A stretch of DNA of 64,000 nucleotides from an uncultured Clostridia bacterium. GTDB lineage: Bacteria > Bacillota > Clostridia > Christensenellales > Aristaeellaceae. The notes under the pieces were generated by a model. It did no database searches and was not told the origin of the DNA. It was given only the letters and a program-made list of their open reading frames with translations. This document shows, piece after piece, positions 1-8,374 of the stretch; position 1 is the first letter of the stretch, and every line of letters starts with the position of its first letter. The stretch lies in the NCBI GenBank assembly GCA_934647235.1, contig CAKUFG010000008.1:6380-70379 (forward strand), in the 5' to 3' direction. Made by a program: the position numbers and the translations under genes.

Positions 1-35
1 ATAATACAGTTTGCCTGCGTTGCGAAAACGCACGC

Positions 36-1028
36 CTACGATGGTTGCCATGGAACAATTTCCTCCGATATGATAAATAGTAGATTTTCAGCAATCGCGG
101 GCCAGGATACGTTGGCGGCGCGCTGCTTGCGCGCCTCCAGTACGGCCGAAAGCACGCGCTCTATGCGCTCCGGGGCGGCATGCTCCCACCATTCCTGGCA
201 GGCAGCTTCCCGCGCGCGCTGGGGCAATTCGCCCGCGCGCATGGTGTACAGCAGATATTCCCGCGCCTTCTGGGATAAAAGCGATAGCAGCTCGTCCGCG
301 TCGTCCTTTTTGTCCTTCAGCAAAAACGACAGCAGCGGCACGTCCCGCGCCCCGCGTACGGAAAAGAACGTGCGCTCGCACAGCTCGTGCAGGGCAAAGA
401 AGGATGGGTTCTGCAGCATATCCAGCGCCGCGCCCAGGCTGCCGCCGCACAGCGCGGCAATCTCGCGCGCCTTGCCGGCGTCGGCCTGTCTGGCCAGCAG
501 CTCGGCCTCCAGCCGCTCCTGCGGCCAGGGGGGCATGCGTACCACGCGGCAGCGCGAGCGCACGGTGGGCAGGATGCCCGTTTCGCCCGAAGCCGTAAGG
601 ATAAAGTGCGTTTCGCCGTCCGGCTCCTCCAGGGATTTCAGCAGCGCGTTCTGCGCCTGCACGGTCATGCGCTGGGCGTTTTCCAGCAGGATCACGCGCC
701 GGCCCTCCAGCGCGTGGAAGGACAGCGCGCGCAGCACCTCGCGCAGATGATCCACCTTGATGGTGCGGTCCTTATCCGTGCAGGAGGGCATCAGAAGGTC
801 CGGATGCGTGCCCGCCAGCACGCGGCGGCAGCCCTTGCACTGCATGCAGGGGCGCTGCCCCTCGCCCACGCACAAAAGGGCGCAGGCAAACAGCCGGGCA
901 AGCGTGCGCTTTCCGGTACCGGCGATGCCGGTGATCAGCACGGCGTGCGGCGCGCGGCCGCCCAGCACATCCTGAACCAGGGCGCGGGGCGCTTCGCCCA
1001 GCGAAGAAAAGCTGTCAAGGGTGATCAA
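36..1028 (-). CDS. holB: DNA polymerase III delta-prime subunit (clamp loader)
   Basis: 330-aa ORF. It has the P-loop-like GIAGTGKRT, the zinc module CMQCKGCRRV and the sensor motif TVRSRC. The apparent start is TTG, 21 nt after the darA stop. The darA(yaaQ)-holB order matches Bacillus. Confidence 0.85.
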   Translation of the reverse strand: MITLDSFSSLGEAPRALVQDVLGGRAPHAVLITGIAGTGKRTLARLFACALLCVGEGQRPCMQCKGCRRVLAGTHPDLLMPSCTDKDRTIKVDHLREVLRALSFHALEGRRVILLENAQRMTVQAQNALLKSLEEPDGETHFILTASGETGILPTVRSRCRVVRMPPWPQERLEAELLARQADAGKAREIAALCGGSLGAALDMLQNPSFFALHELCERTFFSVRGARDVPLLSFLLKDKKDDADELLSLLSQKAREYLLYTMRAGELPQRAREAACQEWWEHAAPERIERVLSAVLEARKQRAANVSWPAIAENLLFIISEEIVPWQPS

Positions 1029-1049
1029 GCGCAGCGGTTCCTTTCGGGC

Positions 1050-1379
1050 TTAGAATTTGGCAAACTGCTCCACATTGAGCACAAACACCGTGGCCCCGCC
1101 GACAGTGACCTCAATGGGCATATGGGTGTACATGCCGGCCGCGCCGCCTGCGGTGATGGGCGAGGTGGCCATCTGACGGCGGCTCTTGCACAGCTTTTCG
1201 ATGATGTGCAGGCAGCCCTCAAAGCGGTCGTCGTCCACGCCGACCAGCAGCGTGGTGTTGCCCGCCCGCAGGAAGCCGCCGGTGGTGGCCAGCTTGGTCA
1301 CGCCGTAGCCGTCGTTCATCAATGCCGAAACCAGGCGAGAGGCATCCTCATCCTGCACGATAGCGATGATCAATTTCAT
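1050..1379 (-). CDS. darA: PII-like cyclic-di-AMP receptor DarA/YaaQ family
   Basis: MKLIIAIVQDEDASRL...VTKLATTGGFLRAGNTTLLVGV...GGATVFVLNVEQF closely parallels B. subtilis DarA. I moved the start from the track position 1442 to the ATG at 1379, which follows a GAGGAGG RBS. Confidence 0.8.
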   Translation of the reverse strand: MKLIIAIVQDEDASRLVSALMNDGYGVTKLATTGGFLRAGNTTLLVGVDDDRFEGCLHIIEKLCKSRRQMATSPITAGGAAGMYTHMPIEVTVGGATVFVLNVEQFAKF

Positions 1380-1447
1380 GGTATAGTGCCTCCTCTGAAT
1401 GGATATTTGTATAGAAAACGCGCAATCGCGCTTCTTTACCACTTCCT

Positions 1448-1476
1448 ATTATATCATCATGCGCGCCGGATGGCAA
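1448..1476 (-). promoter_or_regulatory. sigma-A type promoter for darA-holB
   Basis: On the minus strand: TTGCCA (1476-1471), 17-nt spacer, TATAAT (1453-1448). It lies about 65 nt upstream of the darA ATG. Confidence 0.6.
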
Positions 1477-1481
1477 GCGGC

Positions 1482-1533
1482 GGCTTTTAGCGAATGCAAA
1501 TGAAAAGGGCTTTTAGCGAATGCAAATGAAAAG
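1482..1533. repeat. perfect tandem duplication of a 26-bp unit (GGCTTTTAGCGAATGCAAATGAAAAG x2)
   Basis: 1482-1507 and 1508-1533 are identical. The repeat abuts the -35 of the darA promoter. A third copy (25/26 identity) lies inverted at 60202-60227. Confidence 0.9.
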
Positions 1534-1565
1534 AGGAAAAGGTTTTTGCAAAAGAGCACAGCGCT

Positions 1566-2297
1566 GGGAAGTGGGGAACGAAGGAGATACGGTATTTTCT
1601 TGCGTCAAGAAAGTACCAAAGAACCTGTGTGTGACGTGAAAATTGCTTGAATAAAGCTGGGAGTGGCCCTGGTCCCCTGTCCCGTCCCCCTTGGTCTGGA
1701 TTCGCAAGCCCGCGCCGATTCCATCGGCGTGCCACGGGGGGCGATGGTTGAGTGCAGGAACCAAACGCAACAGTTATAGTTGGAAAGAACGGCCGTCAAA
1801 AGCCTTCCCTTCCGAGGGGAAGGCTTTTGGTAGGCTGCGCTTTCAGTATGCGCAAGCAGCCGCAATCCCCCTCATCCGTCTCGCTATTCGCTCGACACCT
1901 TGTCCACAATTCGGCATAGTCGTATTTGAGCAAAGCATTGCTCAAATACTCGTTGCCTCATTGAGCCAACCGCCTCGCGCTTCTGCCTTACGGCAAGCGC
2001 GGGTTTCGGGCGGCAATTTGCAAAACTGCGCGCCCTCGGCCGCCTGCGGCGGCGCTTATGCGCCCGCCCTATTCTGCCACAGGCAGGGGCGGTACTCCGG
2101 CTCCCGTTTGGGAGAAGGCTTTAATAGTTGTACAGTTGTTAAGCAGCGAAGGCACTTTACCGCATCAGCACACTACGCTGAAGGCTTTTCCTTGGGGAGA
2201 AGCTGGCGAATGAAATGAGCCTGATGAGGGGGCCAGTCGGCAAGCGCTGAACGCCCCGAATACGCAAAAGCCCCGCCCTCCATCCGGAGAGCGGGGC
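1566..2297. repeat. mosaic intergenic repeat array (families A, B, C and D)
   Basis: - 1566-1760 is a family-A copy.
- 1797-1897 and 2170-2232 are family-B fragments, with 1867-1896 identical to 63474-63503.
- 1983-2058 matches 6554-6630 (family C).
- 2236-2297 matches 63575-63636 (family D). Confidence 0.8.
2265..2297 (-). terminator. rho-independent terminator of gap (also repeat module D)
   Basis: Stem GCCCCGC-C-CTCC / GGAG-A-GCGGGGC, followed on the minus strand by CTTTTG. It lies 24 nt after the gap stop. Confidence 0.6.
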
Positions 2298-2320
2298 CGT
2301 TTTCAATTGAACCTTGAGAC

Positions 2321-3346
2321 TTACAGCTCGGCGAAGTACTTGATGGTGCGGACCATCTGGCTGGTGTAGCTGTTCTCGTTGTCGTACCAGGACACGACCT
2401 GCACCTGATAGGTGTTGTCGTCCAGCTTGGCAACCATGGTCTGGGTGGCATCGAACAGAGAGCCATAGGACATGCCGATGATATCGGAGGAAACCACGGG
2501 CTCCTCGTTGTAGCCGTAGCTGGCAGAGGAAGCAGCCTTCATGGCGGCGTTGATGGATTCCTTGGTCACGTTCTCGCCCTTAACGACGGCAACCAGGATG
2601 GTGGTGGAGCCGGTGCATACGGGCACGCGCTGGGCAGAGCCGATCAGCTTGCCGTTCAGCTCGGGGATAACCAGGCCGATGGCCTTGGCAGCGCCGGTGG
2701 AGTTGGGAACGATGTTCTGCGCGCCAGCGCGGGCACGGCGCAGATCGCCCTTGCGATGGGGGCCGTCCAGGATCATCTGATCGCCGGTGTAAGCATGCAC
2801 GGTGGTCATGATGCCGCTCTGGATGGGATATACGTCGTTCAGGGCCTTGGCCATGGGAGCCAGGCAGTTGGTGGTGCAGGAAGCGGCGGAGATGATGTTA
2901 TCTTCCTTGGTCAGGGTGTTCTCGTTAACAGAGTACACGATGGTGGGCAGATCGTTGCCGGCAGGAGCGGAGATAACAACCTTCTTGGCGCCGGCGGTGA
3001 TGTGCGCCATGGCCTTTTCCTTCTTGGTGTAGAAGCCGGTGCACTCCAGCACAACGTCTACATCCAGCTTGCCCCAGGGGCAGTTGGCAGCGTCTTTTTC
3101 GGCGTAGATCTTGATTTCGGTGCCGTCCACAATGATGGAATCCTCAGTGGCGGATACGGTGTGCTTGTTCTCGCCGATCTTGCCGCAGTAGGGGCCCTGA
3201 GCGGTGTCGTACTTGAGCAGATGGGCCAGCATCGCGGGGCTGGTCAGGTCGTTGATGGCGACAATCTGGTAGCCCTCAGCGCCGAACATCTGGCGGAAAG
3301 CAAGACGACCAATGCGGCCAAAACCGTTGATAGCAACTTTAACCAT
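2321..3346 (-). CDS. gap: glyceraldehyde-3-phosphate dehydrogenase, type I
   Basis: [17 protein letters not shown]-binding motif and the active site [11 protein letters not shown] moved the start to the ATG at 3346, which follows an AGGAGG RBS. The track start at 3439 adds 31 non-homologous residues. Confidence 0.95.
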   Translation of the reverse strand: MVKVAINGFGRIGRLAFRQMFGAEGYQIVAINDLTSPAMLAHLLKYDTAQGPYCGKIGENKHTVSATEDSIIVDGTEIKIYAEKDAANCPWGKLDVDVVLECTGFYTKKEKAMAHITAGAKKVVISAPAGNDLPTIVYSVNENTLTKEDNIISAASCTTNCLAPMAKALNDVYPIQSGIMTTVHAYTGDQMILDGPHRKGDLRRARAGAQNIVPNSTGAAKAIGLVIPELNGKLIGSAQRVPVCTGSTTILVAVVKGENVTKESINAAMKAASSASYGYNEEPVVSSDIIGMSYGSLFDATQTMVAKLDDNTYQVQVVSWYDNENSYTSQMVRTIKYFAEL

Positions 3347-3398
3347 GGGAAAGACCTCCTTCATACTGTAAGCGGCGGGCTTATGCCACACCGATACT

Positions 3399-3427
3399 AT
3401 TATACCCGCTTTCCCCGCGTTTGGCAA
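3399..3427 (-). promoter_or_regulatory. sigma-A type promoter for gap
   Basis: Minus strand: TTGCCA, 17-nt spacer, TATAAT (both hexamers near consensus). Confidence 0.65.
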
Positions 3428-3474
3428 TATCTGTGACAAATAAATCTGTACTTTTAGGAACGATTATGGATGCT

Positions 3475-3651
3475 TTAATGCAATGTGCCCGTGCGCGCGT
3501 CATACAGCCTTCGCACCAGCCTTTTGCAGTACGCGCACCAGGCTGACACCACATAGATGCTTCTCTCATCCGCGCAGTCAGGCACAATCAGGTAATAGCG
3601 AACGGCATTCCGGCAGAATGGGCACTGCGTTTTTCCCGTAATCAGCGACAC
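3475..3651 (-). CDS. unannotated 58-aa zinc-ribbon-like small protein (GTG start)
   Basis: Below the track length cutoff. GGAGG lies 8 nt upstream of the GTG, with an in-frame TGA just upstream. Translation: VSLITGKTQCPFCRNAVRYYLIVPDCADERSIYVVSAWCAYCKRLVRRLYDARTGTLH, with CxxC...CxxC. Third-codon-position GC is high, like the host genes. The ORF is divergent from the XRE gene. Confidence 0.35.
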   Translation of the reverse strand: MSLITGKTQCPFCRNAVRYYLIVPDCADERSIYVVSAWCAYCKRLVRRLYDARTGTLH

Positions 3652-3709
3652 GCGCTTTTCCTCCTCTCATCGGCATCTAACAAAATCATTCTTTCAATTA
3701 GCGAAAGAT

Positions 3710-3724
3710 GATAATAATATTATC
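3710..3724. promoter_or_regulatory. perfect 7-1-7 palindrome GATAATA-A-TATTATC (candidate XRE operator)
   Basis: It lies in the AT-rich divergent region between the small ORF and the XRE gene. It overlaps a minus-strand TTGCTA-17-TAATAT promoter-like element. GATAATAAT recurs at 3732-3740. Confidence 0.45.
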
Positions 3725-3804
3725 ACATTTCGATAATAATAGCAATGATTTTATCAATTTTTACGCTTACTGATAATTTTATATATACTGATCTGGAGGT
3801 GAGC

Positions 3805-4116
3805 ATGATGATTGGCGAGCGGCTACAGGAGATTCGCAAGGACAACGGCGATACGCAGCAGGATCTGGCCAACAAGCTGCACGCTTCCCTGTATGCCGTG
3901 CGCTGCTGGGAGCAGGGCAAAAGCGATCCCAGCCATGACACGCTGGCGGCCATCTGCCGGCTGTATGATGTGTCCGCCGATTATCTGCTGGGTCTCAGCG
4001 ATGAGGACCCCCGCTGCACGCAGCGCAGGCAAAGCCGGCTGACCCCCGAAAACGCCGCCCTGCTGAAGCGCTTTGAAGCCTTCCTGCTCTACGAGCAGGC
4101 GCATGCCAGGCGCTGA
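3805..4116 (+). CDS. XRE-family helix-turn-helix transcriptional regulator
   Basis: MMIGERLQEIRKDNGDTQQDLANKLHASLYAVRCWEQGKSDPSHDTLAAICRLYDVSADYLLGL is a typical HTH_3 domain. The start is at 3805, after a GGAGGTG RBS. Confidence 0.85.
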   Translation: MMIGERLQEIRKDNGDTQQDLANKLHASLYAVRCWEQGKSDPSHDTLAAICRLYDVSADYLLGLSDEDPRCTQRRQSRLTPENAALLKRFEAFLLYEQAHARR

Positions 4117-4223
4117 GCATACGGCACGCCGCAGTTTTCCGGAATACAGCGTTTATATATTAAATCAAAATACGCACACGGCGCAGATTTCAGCCCAATC
4201 GGCTGGAGCCTGCGCCGTGTTGT

Positions 4224-6401
4224 TCAGTCTTTTTCTGCCGCTCTCTCGCCCGTCTGCGAAAGGCTGCGGTATTGCAGCGGGGTGTAGCCCGTTTCGCCCT
4301 TGAATTTGCGCACAAAGCTGCTCGCATCGTTGTAGCCGATCAGCGGCACGATCTCCTTGATCTGCAGCCGGGTATCGCGCAGAAGCTGCTGCGCGTGCTG
4401 CATGCGCACCTTTTCGATGTATTTGGAGGGGGTGGTGTTCATGTGCTCACGCAGATAGCGGGTCAGGTAGGAAGCGGACATCGACAGCCGGTCGGCCACC
4501 CACTGCACGTTCAGGGCGGGGTTGGCATGGTTCTCCTCCATGCAGCGCAGGATGCGCGCCAGCTGCGGATCGTTCTCCGCCGCAGCGCTGGCTCCCAGCA
4601 CATCGGCCGCCGCGCTGCAGATGGATTCCAGCGCCTGAAAATGCGCGGTCATGGTGGTGCTGCCCAGCATCTCCTGCACCAGCTCGGCAAAGCCCTCGGC
4701 GCGCTGGTTTTCCAGCAGCGCCGTCAGGCGGTTGACAAGCCCCATGCTCTGCACGCGCAGGCACACGATATCCGCCCGGCGCTCCAGCCATTCCTGCTGG
4801 CAGCGGCCAATCAGCTGCGCAATCAGCGCGCGGTCGTTGGCGCGCACCGCGTCCACCAGCGCCTGCTCCACGGGCAGATGCAGCGTCTGATCGCTGAGCA
4901 CCGCCGTTTCGTAGCGCGATGCGTCCATAAAGGGCCGCAGGCTGAAGTGCGCCAGCTCGCTGGCCGAGATGGCCTCGTTGAGCGAATACTGCGTGGCTTC
5001 CAGGCTGCTGACCGTGTGGCCGCAGCCGCCGCTGACGGCCGCGATGGGCTGCACGGCCGCGCAGACGGACTCAAACACCGCCTGCGAATCGAGGGACGGC
5101 CCCGGATGGCACAGCAGCAGCACCAGCGACGCATCGTGCCATTCCAGCCCGGCGGGCTGACCGAAGGGCTGCGCCGCCTGGCAGATGCGCGCGAGCGCCT
5201 CGGAGCGGGAGGACGGCTGGTAGGACTGTGCGCTGTCCTCGGCGCGGAAGGAGGCGGGCAGGAACCGAAATACCGTGTAATAGCCAAACGAAAACGCGAT
5301 ATCGCCGCTTTGCAGCAGGCCGCGCAGCTGCTCCTCGCCGCCGCGCCCCAGCAGCACCTGCTCCAGCGCGTAATTGCGCGTCAGGGCGGTATAGCTTTGC
5401 AGCTGCTGCGCCTGGCGCAGGTTGCGCGCCATCACGCCGGCCAGATAATCCTGCAATTCGTCCAGCCGCGCTACCTGCTCGCGGGATTCGCCCGGCACCA
5501 GCGCCAGCAGACGGCGTACCGGGCGGAAGTTGATCACGCTCATGGCTACCGAAAGCGCGACGGCGGCCAGCACGGCCAGCGTAAGCAGCAGCAGAAAACG
5601 ACGGTTGAGGGTGGCAAAGCTGTCGTTGATGCGCTGCGCGTCATACCAGTAGGCATAGCGCAGGGACAAAACAGTCGAGGTCTCGGTGGATACCGTCAGG
5701 TCGGGATCGTCCGCCAGCGGCGGCTCGCCGTCGCGGTAGTGATACAGCAGCGTGCCCTCCTTGTCATACAGCGCCAGGTCGGAGCCTGCATCCTGCATGG
5801 CGGCGGCAAAAAGAGAATCAATCTGCTTTTCGGACAGGGTAAAAACGATCTGCCGGGTTTTGGGGTTGCCGATCAGCGGCTGGGTAAAGGCCACGATCAG
5901 CGCACGGCCCTGCGGGGCGGCGTACAGGCGATAGCGCGTCTGCCCGCGCTCGGCCGTCCAGGTATCGTATACCTGCTGAATCTGCGGCAGGTTAAAGCGC
6001 TCGGCATAGCCGGCCAGCGAATAGCTGCCCTGGGCGGTCAGCAGATGGCCGTCCTCAAACAGCAGCCCCACGTCCAGCAGGTAATCGTTGGTTACCAGAT
6101 AGCGCCGCAGCGAGGTCATGCCCTGATACGCGCCGTAGCCCGCGCTGCTGACATAATAGTCGCTCAACTCCGCGTCGCCCTCCACCTGCTGGGCGATCAT
6201 GATCAATTCCAGAAACACCCGATCCAGCAGCCGCTGCTGCGCGCGGGCGGTCTCCTGGGCGGATTCGCGGTGCTGCCTGCGCACCAGGGCGGTGGTATTG
6301 GCGTACATCACAGCGGTGATCAGCAGCACAATCAGCAGCGCCGCCGACAGATAGGCGATGAACATTTTGCGCTGATCATGCAGCACCTTTCCGCCCAGCA
6401 T
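4224..6401 (-). CDS. membrane-anchored AraC-family transcriptional regulator with large extracytoplasmic sensor region
   Basis: C-terminal AraC HTH (SASYLTRYLREHMNTTPSKYIEKVRMQHAQQLL...GYNDASSFVRKFK). The N-terminal TM segment (FIAYLSAALLIVLLITAVMY) and a second TM segment (FLLLLTLAVLAAVALSVAMSV) flank about 250 aa. Confidence 0.8.
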   Translation of the reverse strand: MLGGKVLHDQRKMFIAYLSAALLIVLLITAVMYANTTALVRRQHRESAQETARAQQRLLDRVFLELIMIAQQVEGDAELSDYYVSSAGYGAYQGMTSLRRYLVTNDYLLDVGLLFEDGHLLTAQGSYSLAGYAERFNLPQIQQVYDTWTAERGQTRYRLYAAPQGRALIVAFTQPLIGNPKTRQIVFTLSEKQIDSLFAAAMQDAGSDLALYDKEGTLLYHYRDGEPPLADDPDLTVSTETSTVLSLRYAYWYDAQRINDSFATLNRRFLLLLTLAVLAAVALSVAMSVINFRPVRRLLALVPGESREQVARLDELQDYLAGVMARNLRQAQQLQSYTALTRNYALEQVLLGRGGEEQLRGLLQSGDIAFSFGYYTVFRFLPASFRAEDSAQSYQPSSRSEALARICQAAQPFGQPAGLEWHDASLVLLLCHPGPSLDSQAVFESVCAAVQPIAAVSGGCGHTVSSLEATQYSLNEAISASELAHFSLRPFMDASRYETAVLSDQTLHLPVEQALVDAVRANDRALIAQLIGRCQQEWLERRADIVCLRVQSMGLVNRLTALLENQRAEGFAELVQEMLGSTTMTAHFQALESICSAAADVLGASAAAENDPQLARILRCMEENHANPALNVQWVADRLSMSASYLTRYLREHMNTTPSKYIEKVRMQHAQQLLRDTRLQIKEIVPLIGYNDASSFVRKFKGETGYTPLQYRSLSQTGERAAEKD

Positions 6402-6440
6402 GCAGCCAACCCCTTTCTATGAATTATGATGGCAAATAAC

Positions 6441-6477
6441 AGCAAAACGGGGGCGTATGCGCACGGCATACGCCCCC
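6441..6477 (-). terminator. rho-independent terminator (end of the LplABC-like operon, insulating the AraC gene)
   Basis: Perfect 12-bp stem GGGGGCGTATGC / GCATACGCCCCC with a 5-nt loop, followed by GTTTTGCT on the minus strand. Confidence 0.7.
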
Positions 6478-6553
6478 TCGCTTGTAAAGCATAGCTAACT
6501 TGGCCGAGAAGTAAAGAAGGGGCGCAGCTCCTTCTTGGGGACGCCCCGCGCTA

Positions 6554-6630
6554 CTGCCATACGGCAAGCGCGGGTTTCGGGCGGCGATTTGCAAAATCGC
6601 CTGCCCTCAGCCGCCTTTGGCGGCGCTATT
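6554..6630. repeat. family-C repeat copy (about 76 bp)
   Basis: CTGCCATACGGCAAGCGCGGGTTTCGGGCGGCGATTTGCAAAATCGC... aligns with 1983-2058 in the same orientation, with few mismatches. Confidence 0.8.
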
Positions 6631-6755
6631 CATCCGCAGCAGCGGCGCAGGCTTCGCCTGATTTTTGCAGCATCAATCATCAATTAACATGGCGAAGCCA
6701 CGAGAGCGGCGATGCCGCCGGCGCGAGGAGCAGCCGTCAGGCTGCCTCCTTTATT

Positions 6756-8315
6756 TTACTTGTCCGCAGCGCGGGAGTCAAGGGATTCCTGTACGATTTC
6801 CAGGTAGCGGTCTACGCGCATCTTGTTGATTTCATTCACGTAGTTGTCCCACTCGGCGTCAATATCCTTGGTGCCGGCGATGAAGGCCGCGCGGTATTCC
6901 TTTACGCAGGCGCTCAGGTCGCTGAGGATGGGGGTCATCTCGTCGTTCTGATCCACGGTGAAGAACAGCGGCTCCCAGATTTCCTTGGGCAGGTAGGGCA
7001 GCATGGCCTTGGCCGCCGCCATGGGGATGGGCATGGTTTCGCCGCCGATGAACACGTTGTTGAGCAGGATCGCGGGGCAGTTGCCGCCGGACCAGCAGGT
7101 GTTCTGGGAGATCACCTGGGTCAGGGTCAGACCATCGGGATTCTTGGTTACGTAGTCGTTGTAGCTGCGGATGCCGTTTTCATCGGTGTTGTACAGCTTT
7201 TCGTCCACCAGGAACAGCAGCTCCGCGCCCTCCTGGCTGTAGAAGTAATCCACCCACTTGATCAGCGTTTCAGTGTTCTTCGCGCCGTCGCAGATGACGA
7301 AGGAGCCGGGGGAGTAGATAACGGACTTGCAGGTGGTGTACAGCTGGTCGCCGTCAGGGCCGATCAGGGCCGCGGGCAGGCCCGCGTACTTTTCAGCCTG
7401 GCCGCCTACGTTGGTCAGGTTGACGGAGCACCATACGCCTTCCAGGTTGGCGGTGCCGTTGGCAACCGTGCGGGCGGAGTCGGTGGTGAAGATTTCGTTG
7501 TCCAGCAGCTTTTCTTCATACCACAGGCGGGCGGTCTTCATCAGCTTCTTGTAGCCTTCGCTGGTGGGCCAGAAGCGCAGGGAGCCGGTGGTCTCGTCCA
7601 CGTCCACCCAATCCTGGCTGGGGCCGCGGTTCTGCAGGCCGAAGGAGCCGTAGAAGGTGCTCAGCAGGGTTTCAATCTTGCCGCCGGCCAGCGGGATTTC
7701 GTTGGTGGGATCGCCGTCGCCGTTGGCGTCGTTATCGCGGAAGGCGCGCAGCACCTCGGTGAACTCATCGATGGTGGTGGGCACCTGCAGGCTCAGGCGG
7801 TTCATCCAGTCCATGTTGAGGAACTGGCGGGTGTACACGGTCAGGCCGTCGCAGATGTTGAAGTAGCCCAGGGAGTACAGGTGGCCGTCTTCCATGGTCA
7901 TGGCCTCGCGCACCTGGGGATACTCGGCAAAGAACTTCTGCAGGTTGGGGGCGTAGTTGTCCACCAGATCATCCAGCGGCAGCAGCATGCCCTCGGCGGC
8001 GTACTTGTTCACTTCGTTCAGGGTGAATTTGCCGCGATAGATCGCATCGGGCAGATCATCCTGGGTGAACAGCGCGTTGCGGCGCTCGGTGAAGGTGCTG
8101 TCGGGCAGGTGAATCCAGTCGATATGCACGTTGGTCATTTCTTCGTACTTCTGCCACATCAGCATGTCGTTGTAATCTACCTGGCCGGAGCGCTGCCAGG
8201 TGGCGATGCGGAAGGTGATCTTCTCCTCGGAGATGGGGAAGACGGTTTCCGCAGCGGCCAGGCCGGCGGGCAGCAGCAGGCACAGGGCCAGCAGCAGGGC
8301 GAGCAGTTTCTTCAT
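6756..8315 (-). CDS. large extracellular solute-binding lipoprotein (LplA-like, carbohydrate ABC transporter)
   Basis: 519 aa with signal peptide MKKLLALLLALCLLLPAGLAAA. The size and position upstream of LplB/LplC-type permeases are typical of family-1 SBPs of about 500 aa. Confidence 0.8.
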   Translation of the reverse strand: MKKLLALLLALCLLLPAGLAAAETVFPISEEKITFRIATWQRSGQVDYNDMLMWQKYEEMTNVHIDWIHLPDSTFTERRNALFTQDDLPDAIYRGKFTLNEVNKYAAEGMLLPLDDLVDNYAPNLQKFFAEYPQVREAMTMEDGHLYSLGYFNICDGLTVYTRQFLNMDWMNRLSLQVPTTIDEFTEVLRAFRDNDANGDGDPTNEIPLAGGKIETLLSTFYGSFGLQNRGPSQDWVDVDETTGSLRFWPTSEGYKKLMKTARLWYEEKLLDNEIFTTDSARTVANGTANLEGVWCSVNLTNVGGQAEKYAGLPAALIGPDGDQLYTTCKSVIYSPGSFVICDGAKNTETLIKWVDYFYSQEGAELLFLVDEKLYNTDENGIRSYNDYVTKNPDGLTLTQVISQNTCWSGGNCPAILLNNVFIGGETMPIPMAAAKAMLPYLPKEIWEPLFFTVDQNDEMTPILSDLSACVKEYRAAFIAGTKDIDAEWDNYVNEINKMRVDRYLEIVQESLDSRAADK

Positions 8316-8374
8316 AGCGTTGGTTCCTCCCTTTTATTTTTCAGCGTGACAGGCACGCCTTGGAGCGTAAAGCT

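Noticed and set aside
1482-1533. Possible CRISPR array
   Set aside because: There are only two directly abutting 26-bp units with no spacers. No cas genes are present anywhere in the window, and no other regularly spaced repeats were seen.
1691-2218. 175-aa ORF (and the overlapping 82-86-aa ORFs at 1487-1865) in the gap-darA spacer
   Set aside because: The sequence is assembled from repeat modules that recur in other intergenic regions in both orientations. There is no RBS. The peptide strings, such as PLIRLAIRSTP, are by-products of the repeat sequence.
4272-6422. 716-aa ORF on the plus strand, antisense to the AraC regulator gene
   Set aside because: It is a shadow ORF typical of high-GC DNA. 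Its composition is dominated by A/G/R/Q/H/L, it has no motifs and no RBS, and the opposite strand encodes a protein with a clear AraC HTH and TM segments.
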